NCBI GenBank assembly: GCA_035543215.1
Contig: DATKJG010000360.1
Coordinates: forward strand, 1 to 25,472
Source: Phycisphaerales bacterium
Lineage (GTDB): Bacteria; Planctomycetota; Phycisphaerae; Phycisphaerales; SM1A02
Reading direction: 5' to 3'
DNA length: 25,472 nt
Shown one piece after another: positions 19,991 to 25,472 of the stretch (its first letter is position 1; the number at the start of each line of letters is the position of its first letter). The position numbers and the translations under genes were made by a program. The notes beneath the pieces were generated by a model. It did no database searches. It was given only the letters and a program-made list of their open reading frames with translations, and was not told the DNA's origin.

Positions 19991-21226
19991 ATGCCTGTGC
20001 GAATCGTCGTCATCGGCGCTGGGCCGGGCGGGGCAATGCTTGCCTATCTGCTGGCCTCGCGCGGCGGCGAGCGCCTTCGCATCACGCTCATCGAGCGCCA
20101 GCACGACTTCGAGCGGGAGTTTCGCGGCGAGGTGCTCATGCCTTCGGGCATCGACGTCATTCGGCAGGCCGGGCTGCTCGACCAGTTCCAGCAGGTCCCG
20201 AAGCGATTGTTGCGCCGCGCCGTCATCCTCGATCACAACAAGCCGCTCACTACGCTCGATCTGGAGCGTGCGGTTGGTCCTGGCGCGGCGTTCACCGCCG
20301 TGTCGCAGCCGGCCATGCTGGAGATGCTCGTGGCCGAGGCGAGCCGATTCTCGAATTTCGAGTTCGAGCGCGGCGTCGCCATGCGCGATCTCGTTGTCGG
20401 AGGCGATCGCGTGCGCGGCGTGCAGGTCGTCAGCGAAGGCCAGCCGCGCACCATTGAGACTGACCTGGTCATCGGGGCCGACGGCCGCGCCTCCGCCACG
20501 CGCAAGCACGCGGGACTGGACGCGATTCGCCGGCCACAGTCCTTCGACATCGTCTGGTGCAAGGCGCCGGCCCCCCCACTTTCGCAGGACGACCTGCATT
20601 CGGCGCAAGTCTTCATCGGCCGCGGCCACTTCGCGCTGGTCTTCCCCACCTACGACGATCGTCTACAGATCGCCTGGGTCATTCGCAAGGGCTCGATGGG
20701 CGAACTACGCCGCGCGGGCATCGAACACTGGATCGATCAGCTGGCCGGGCATGTTTCCGATGATCTCGCCCGTCATCTGCGCGCCAACCTGCACGCGATC
20801 ACCTCGCCGTTCCTGCTCGATGTGATCTGCGATCTCATGCCGCGATGGACGCGGCCGGGGCTGCTGCTAATCGGCGACGCGGCTCACCCGATGTCGCCGG
20901 TCGGAGGCCAGGGCATCAACATCGCGATGCGCGATGCGGTCGTCGCGGCCAATCACCTGATCGAGGCCTGCCGATCCGGCGACGCCTCCGCCGCGTCGTT
21001 CGACCTCGCTGCGGAGAGGATCCAGCGCGAGCGAATGCCGGAGGTCGATCGCATTCAGCGCATGCAGCAGATCCCGCCGCGCTTCCTCTTCGCCTGGCCG
21101 ATTGTGACACACACGCTCCTGGCGATCCTGCCTGTGCTCGTGAAATCGGGGATCGCAACGAGCACGGCCGGCGCGTTCCTGCGCCGCTTCGCCAATGGCG
21201 TAGGCAATGTGCGCCTGCGCGTTTGA
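19991..21226 (+). CDS. FAD-dependent monooxygenase/oxidoreductase (UbiH/aromatic hydroxylase-like)
   Basis: GAGPGG Rossmann motif, VIGADG (DG motif), and GDAAHPMSPVGGQGINIAMRD (GD motif). Confidence 0.9.
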   Translation: MPVRIVVIGAGPGGAMLAYLLASRGGERLRITLIERQHDFEREFRGEVLMPSGIDVIRQAGLLDQFQQVPKRLLRRAVILDHNKPLTTLDLERAVGPGAAFTAVSQPAMLEMLVAEASRFSNFEFERGVAMRDLVVGGDRVRGVQVVSEGQPRTIETDLVIGADGRASATRKHAGLDAIRRPQSFDIVWCKAPAPPLSQDDLHSAQVFIGRGHFALVFPTYDDRLQIAWVIRKGSMGELRRAGIEHWIDQLAGHVSDDLARHLRANLHAITSPFLLDVICDLMPRWTRPGLLLIGDAAHPMSPVGGQGINIAMRDAVVAANHLIEACRSGDASAASFDLAAERIQRERMPEVDRIQRMQQIPPRFLFAWPIVTHTLLAILPVLVKSGIATSTAGAFLRRFANGVGNVRLRV

Positions 21227-21230
21227 GCCG

Positions 21231-21236
21231 TATGCT
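21231..21236 (+). promoter_or_regulatory. Candidate -10 box (TATGCT) for the CDF gene
   Basis: TANNNT 8 nt before ATG 21245; no SD. Confidence 0.42.
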
Positions 21237-21244
21237 GCCCTTGA

Positions 21245-22180
21245 ATGTCCAGTGCCGTCCACCACGGTCTCGAGCGCGGAATCCGGCTCTCGCTCATCGG
21301 GATTCTCGCCAACGTCGCGCTGGCGACAATCAAACTTGTTGCTGGATTGCTGGGCCATTCGTACGCGCTGATCGCCGATGCGATGGAGTCGATGGCCGAC
21401 ATTGTCGGCTCGCTGGTGGTGTGGGGAGGCTTGAAATATTCGGTTCGTCCGCCGGATGAGAATCACCCGTACGGCCACGGCAAGGCGGAATCACTCGCGG
21501 CGCTGACTGTGTCGGTCATGCTGCTGGTGGCGGGAATCGGCATCGCGGTGGCGGCCGTGCGCGAGATCATCACGCCGCATCACGCGCCAGCAGCGTTCAC
21601 ACTGTGGGTGCTCATCGCCGTGGTGATCGTGAAGGAAACGCTCTATCGACTCGGCCGCCGCGCCGCCCGCACCAGTGGCAGCGGCGCAGTGCTGACCGAT
21701 GCGTGGCACCACCGGGCCGATGCCATCACGTCGCTGGCCGCAGGCATAGGCATCGCGATCGCCGTCTTCGGCGGTGAGAAGTACGCGCCGGCGGATGATG
21801 TCGCGGCCCTCGTGGCGTCCGGCTTCATCCTCTTGAACGCCTGGAAACTGCTGAGGGCGCCGCTGCAGGAGCTGCTCGATGTCGATCAGCCTGACCTGAT
21901 CGAGCGCGTGCGCGAGGTCGCTGCTGCCGTCGATGGCGTGCGCGGCATTGAGAAGGTCTTCGCGCGCAAAAGCGGCACGCGCTTCTGGGTTGACATGCAC
22001 ATGGAGGTGGATCCAGATATGCGCGTCAGCGAGGCGCACCGCATCGCGCACCAGACGAAGGATGCAGTTCGTGCCGCGCTGCCGAACGTCGCGGATCTGC
22101 TGATTCACATAGAGCCGCACCAGCGCGAAAGCAGCGCGCAAGGCCCAGGCGCGCCGGTGGCTGAGACCGAATCAAGCTGA
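21245..22180 (+). CDS. Cation diffusion facilitator (CDF) family transporter, FieF/MMT-like
   Basis: SYALIADAMESMADI, PPDENHPYGHGKAESLA, DAWHHRADAITS, and a C-terminal dimerisation domain (VDMHMEVD...AHRIAH...LIHIEP). Confidence 0.93.
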   Translation: MSSAVHHGLERGIRLSLIGILANVALATIKLVAGLLGHSYALIADAMESMADIVGSLVVWGGLKYSVRPPDENHPYGHGKAESLAALTVSVMLLVAGIGIAVAAVREIITPHHAPAAFTLWVLIAVVIVKETLYRLGRRAARTSGSGAVLTDAWHHRADAITSLAAGIGIAIAVFGGEKYAPADDVAALVASGFILLNAWKLLRAPLQELLDVDQPDLIERVREVAAAVDGVRGIEKVFARKSGTRFWVDMHMEVDPDMRVSEAHRIAHQTKDAVRAALPNVADLLIHIEPHQRESSAQGPGAPVAETESS

Positions 22181-22191
22181 TCATCGACGGC

Positions 22192-22217
22192 CCCACGGAC
22201 AGAGTCCGTGGGCTTCT
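22192..22217. terminator. Hairpin between convergent CDF and aminotransferase genes; probable intrinsic terminator
   Basis: CCCACGGAC-AGA-GTCCGTGGG is a perfect 9-bp stem, followed by CTTCT on the plus strand (weak U tract). Confidence 0.6.
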
Positions 22218-22224
22218 ACCGGCT

Positions 22225-23124
22225 TCATGCGATCGGCGTGCCTTCAGCCTCGGTCAACTCGCGGAACAGGCGCGACAGCCGTGCCGTCATCGGCCCCGGC
22301 TTGCCATCGCCGATGACGCGGCCGTCCACCTTCGTCACCGCCGCCAGTTCCCCCATCGTGCCAGTGCAGAACACTTCATCCGCGCGGTACACCTCGGGAA
22401 GGCTGATGTCGCGCACACGATGGGGGATGCCGTGGCCCGCGCAAAGGTCAAGCACGGCGGCGCGCGTGATGCCTTCGGGACAGGCGTTGCACGTGGGCGT
22501 ATCCAGCATCCCCCTGGTGCCAATGAACACGTGCGTCGCATTGGTCTCAGCGACGAACCCGTTGCGATCGAGCATGATCGCATCATCCGCGCCGGCGTTG
22601 GTGGCCTCGATTTTCGCGAGAATCGACTGGATCAGGTTGCAATGATGGATCTTCGGATCCATGCAGTCGGGCGGGAAGCGACGAATCGAGGATGTGATCA
22701 AACTCAGCCCCGACTTGTCGTACACCGGCGGCTTGAACTCAGCGAGGACGATCAGCGTCGGACCCGACTGGTTGAGGCGCGGGTCCATCCCGCTGGTGAC
22801 CTTGACGCCGCGCGTCAGCGTCAGCCGGATGTGCACGCCGTCGGTCATGTCGTTGGCGCGGAGCGTCTTGCGGATCTCGGCTGTGATGGCATCATGCGCC
22901 GGAATCTTTCGGAATGCCAGCGCCTTGGCTGAACTGCGCAGGCGATCGAGATGCTCGGTCAGTTTGAAGATGCGGCCGCCATAGACGCGCAGGCCCTCCC
23001 ATACTGCGTCGCCGCCCTGCACGCTTGAATCGAACGGCGAAACGCCGGCCTGATCGCGCGGCAGCAGTTGACCGTTGATGTTGATGACGATGCGGCGGTT
23101 GCGCTCATCGAACTTCTGCTGCAT
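22225..23124 (-). CDS. Aminotransferase class IV (PLP fold type IV; BCAT/D-amino-acid aminotransferase-like)
   Basis: GDAVWEGLRVY, LTEHLDRL, DPKIHHCNL (PLP Lys region), GFVAETNATHVF, EGITRAAV and GTMGEL. Start placed at ATG 23124 (alternative GTG 23142). Confidence 0.9.
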   Translation of the reverse strand: MQQKFDERNRRIVININGQLLPRDQAGVSPFDSSVQGGDAVWEGLRVYGGRIFKLTEHLDRLRSSAKALAFRKIPAHDAITAEIRKTLRANDMTDGVHIRLTLTRGVKVTSGMDPRLNQSGPTLIVLAEFKPPVYDKSGLSLITSSIRRFPPDCMDPKIHHCNLIQSILAKIEATNAGADDAIMLDRNGFVAETNATHVFIGTRGMLDTPTCNACPEGITRAAVLDLCAGHGIPHRVRDISLPEVYRADEVFCTGTMGELAAVTKVDGRVIGDGKPGPMTARLSRLFRELTEAEGTPIA

Positions 23125-23130
23125 CGCCGG

Positions 23131-23136
23131 AGTGTA
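23131..23136 (-). promoter_or_regulatory. Candidate -10 box (TACACT), leaderless, for the aminotransferase
   Basis: TANNNT exactly 6 nt before ATG 23124 on the minus strand; no SD. Confidence 0.48.
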
Positions 23137-23333
23137 TTGCACGGCGCGCGCTTGCGCCGAGGGCCGTCGCCGCGGCTGGCGACCGGCGTCAATACGGCTG
23201 CATCCCTATCCCGAATTGGTGAGTTCATGCGTACTCAAAGGTGAAGGCTGCTGCAGCGATGCGGCGCACTATGCGCGGCGGTCGCGCACGTGCCATGTTC
23301 GCACTGCCTCAGCCGTACTACAGGAGTATGTCC

Positions 23334-23552
23334 ATGCGACACAACTTCCAACTGCTCGCGACCGTGGTTGCGCTCGCCGGCTTCGCCTGCCTCTGCGGCG
23401 GTTGCGAGCGCGAAGTCGGACACATGAAGGAAACCGAGATCAAGGATGATGGCACGGTTAAGACCAAGGAGAAGACCGTGACCGAGGACGCGACCGGTGA
23501 CACCACCATCAAGGAGACCGAGACCACCAAGAAGCCCGGCACTCCCGACTGA
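23334..23552 (+). CDS. Small putative lipoprotein (72 aa), T/E/K-rich
   Basis: AGGAG SD 7 nt upstream. MRHNFQLLATVVALAGFACLCGG|C is a signal peptide with a lipobox-like Cys. The mature part is a coherent, strongly biased peptide (KETEIKDDGTVKTKEKTVTEDATGDTTIKETETTKK). A hairpin follows the stop. Confidence 0.72.
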   Translation: MRHNFQLLATVVALAGFACLCGGCEREVGHMKETEIKDDGTVKTKEKTVTEDATGDTTIKETETTKKPGTPD

Positions 23553-23595
23553 TGCACCGATCGCTGATGAATGTTTGATTGATCCTCCTCGCATT

Positions 23596-23624
23596 CAGGG
23601 CTCGGACGATTCGTCCGGGCCCTG
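23596..23624. terminator. Inverted repeat between convergent lipoprotein and sulfotransferase-like genes; probable terminator
   Basis: CAGGGCTCGGACGA-T-TCGTCCGGGCCCTG has 14-nt arms with one G-T pair and is followed by TTGCCTT on the plus strand. Confidence 0.62.
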
Positions 23625-23647
23625 TTGCCTTGGAGAAGCATTCGCGG

Positions 23648-24406
23648 TCAACGAAGCCTGCGATCGTATAAATGCTGGTAATGCTGTTGACATTCATCAA
23701 GCAGCGATTGCAATGATGCCGGCACCTGCTCCGCTTTCGGCATGTATGGTTCGAACGTCGTCGATCGCTCGACGCTCGCGTACCAATGCTTCGCCCAGAT
23801 GCCATCGGTCGGCCGCGGGCCGGGCGCCCAATGCAGCATCGCTTTGTCGAACGGCACATCGAGCGCCGTGCAGAGCATCATCAACATGCGACGCGGGTCC
23901 TGAAGCACATCGCGCGAATCGATGACCGGCGGCGTGCGACCGGTTGCTCGCTCAACATGCTCGAAGATTTCCACCTGCTGCACCAATCCGGTGTCGCGAA
24001 TCGTTGGATTCGGCACGTTCTTCATAAGCGACGTCAGCATCTCGCGCGGATCGCGAATCAGGAATGCGTGCGTGAGGTGATGCAGCCAGTCACGTTCGAT
24101 TTCAGGCAGCAGGTGATGGGCCATGTGCTTCTGGTACCAGATCGCCGGACGAGCGCCGCTCGCGCTGTCGGGCTGCGGCGGCGGTCCCGTCAGCCATGTG
24201 ACGACCTTGCGCCAATCGGCTTCATGGTGCGCGACAACCTCCGGCGCGCCTGGATGAGGCACGCCGGTCTGGAGCAGGTAGTGCGCGTACAGCGGCTCAT
24301 CGCACACGACCGTATCGGCGCGGCTGCCCCACGAGCGCATCATCGCCGTGGAGATGTTGCGCGGGCCGGACCACATCGCGATGCGCTTGGTGTTCGAGGA
24401 GTTCAC
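23648..24406 (-). CDS. Sulfotransferase-fold (P-loop-like) protein of the family associated with class IV aminotransferases
   Basis: IAMWSGPRNISTAMMRSW (variant of the PAPS 5'-phosphosulfate loop PRSGT), CDEPLYAHYL, WYQKHMAHH, FLIRDPREML, and WAKHWYASVERSTTF. Confidence 0.8.
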   Translation of the reverse strand: MNSSNTKRIAMWSGPRNISTAMMRSWGSRADTVVCDEPLYAHYLLQTGVPHPGAPEVVAHHEADWRKVVTWLTGPPPQPDSASGARPAIWYQKHMAHHLLPEIERDWLHHLTHAFLIRDPREMLTSLMKNVPNPTIRDTGLVQQVEIFEHVERATGRTPPVIDSRDVLQDPRRMLMMLCTALDVPFDKAMLHWAPGPRPTDGIWAKHWYASVERSTTFEPYMPKAEQVPASLQSLLDECQQHYQHLYDRRLR

Positions 24407-24459
24407 GGCGTGGACGGAGAAGCATACTGAGAATCACAGCAAGCGATGGTGCGGCCCGT

Positions 24460-24465
24460 TATTCT
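24460..24465 (+). promoter_or_regulatory. Candidate -10 box (TATTCT), leaderless, for the YiiX-like gene
   Basis: TANNNT exactly 6 nt before ATG 24472; no SD. Confidence 0.48.
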
Positions 24466-24471
24466 TGAGCC

Positions 24472-25472
24472 ATGCAGCACGAGGCGCTGATTCAGGCCGC
24501 CGCGCGATCGGTTGAAAGTCTTGCGCCGGCTCTCATCGCGCGGCCGAAACAGGAACTGAAGGATATCGCCCGCGGCGTCGAGCGCGGGCACTTCACGCCG
24601 GATGAGGACGAACGCATTCGCGAGCGGTTCGCGGCCTATCTCACCGCGCGGGCCGGCATGCTGCAGACGATCGCGGACCTCAGGCCCATCGCGCTCGCCC
24701 GCGCAGGAGAAGTGGACGCACGCGATCGCGTGCGCGCATACGCAATCGCCTATGCCGCGGCGGGTCTGCTGGTGCGGGCCGCGCGCTTCGTGGTCGAGCA
24801 CTACGCGCGTCACGAGGTGATCCAGCGGAAGTTGAACGAAGCCGAGCCGCGCTTCGGCCTGCCCCGCAAGCAATTCACCGCGGTGTATCAGGCGGTCACG
24901 AATCCGCGCAATGCCGTGCAACTGGCCGATGCGACCCGCTTCGCCGCGGCTCATCGAGGCGAGATCGAGGCCCTCGCGACCGAGCCGCACTTCGCCGCGG
25001 TGCTTCATCATCTGCGCGAAAGCGAGCCGGCCATGCAGCGCGGCACGGGCGATCTCGTCCGAGCGCGCCTGGCCTACCGCTGGCATTCGCTGCGACGACG
25101 GCGAGCGTCTGCATTCCAGCAGGCACTGTTCGGCCTGTTCCAGATCTCCGGCCGCGTCATCGCCGATATTCGCAATCCCTTTCATCAAAAGCGCGTCACG
25201 CCAGCGATTCTCGCACAACTTGGCGAGATCCTGCAGCCGGGCGATGCGATCGTCACGCGCCATGATGATGCGATGAGCAATCTGTTCCTGCCCGGATACT
25301 GGATTCACTCCTCGCTGCATATCGGCACGGAAGATGACCGGCAACGACTGGGCGTCAGGGTCGATCCGCCCCGCGAGATGCGATGGACAGGTCCGATTCG
25401 CGTGCTCGAAGCCCGCAAGGATGGCGTGCTGCTGCGCGAACTGGCTGACACGCTGCGCGTGGATGTCGTGGC
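24472..25472 (+). CDS. YiiX/YebB-like permuted papain-like NlpC/P60 cysteine hydrolase with a long N-terminal helical domain; partial, runs off the right edge
   Basis: Not in the ORF track. Hand translation is open for 333 codons: MQHEALIQAAARS...KLNEAEPRFG...ILQPGDAIVTRHDDAMSNLFLPGYWIHSSLHIG...VLEARKDGV. The PGD...H...EA...GV pattern matches permuted NlpC/P60 enzymes. The catalytic Cys would lie beyond the window. Confidence 0.75.
   Translation, partial: MQHEALIQAAARSVESLAPALIARPKQELKDIARGVERGHFTPDEDERIRERFAAYLTARAGMLQTIADLRPIALARAGEVDARDRVRAYAIAYAAAGLLVRAARFVVEHYARHEVIQRKLNEAEPRFGLPRKQFTAVYQAVTNPRNAVQLADATRFAAAHRGEIEALATEPHFAAVLHHLRESEPAMQRGTGDLVRARLAYRWHSLRRRRASAFQQALFGLFQISGRVIADIRNPFHQKRVTPAILAQLGEILQPGDAIVTRHDDAMSNLFLPGYWIHSSLHIGTEDDRQRLGVRVDPPREMRWTGPIRVLEARKDGVLLRELADTLRVDVV

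Overview
GC-rich bacterial DNA. A Planctomycetota (Phycisphaerae-like) origin is my inference from the secretin architecture and pseudopilin leaders, not a tested assignment. The left 14 kb (minus strand) is a type II secretion / type IV filament (T2SS/T4P-like) cluster: gspF, gspG, H-, I-, J- and K-like pseudopilins, a PilM-PilN (GspL-like) fusion, a PilO/GspM-like protein with a C-terminal extension, and a very large secretin-type gene. That gene is missing from the ORF track because it runs off the left edge; it has >=1795 codons and about 19 secretin N-domain repeats, with no secretin barrel yet visible. The right part is metabolic: DUF485-actP-acs (acetate uptake and activation), a GT-C glycosyltransferase, an FAD monooxygenase, a CDF transporter, a class IV aminotransferase and a sulfotransferase-fold protein separated by a small lipoprotein gene, and a partial YiiX/YebB-like permuted NlpC/P60 gene (also missing from the track). 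Many right-hand genes have a TANNNT hexamer 6-8 nt before the start codon and no Shine-Dalgarno, suggesting leaderless transcription. The 2178-aa plus-strand ORF is an antisense shadow. I saw no rRNA, tRNA, CRISPR array or mobile element. All translations of genes missing from the track were done by hand.
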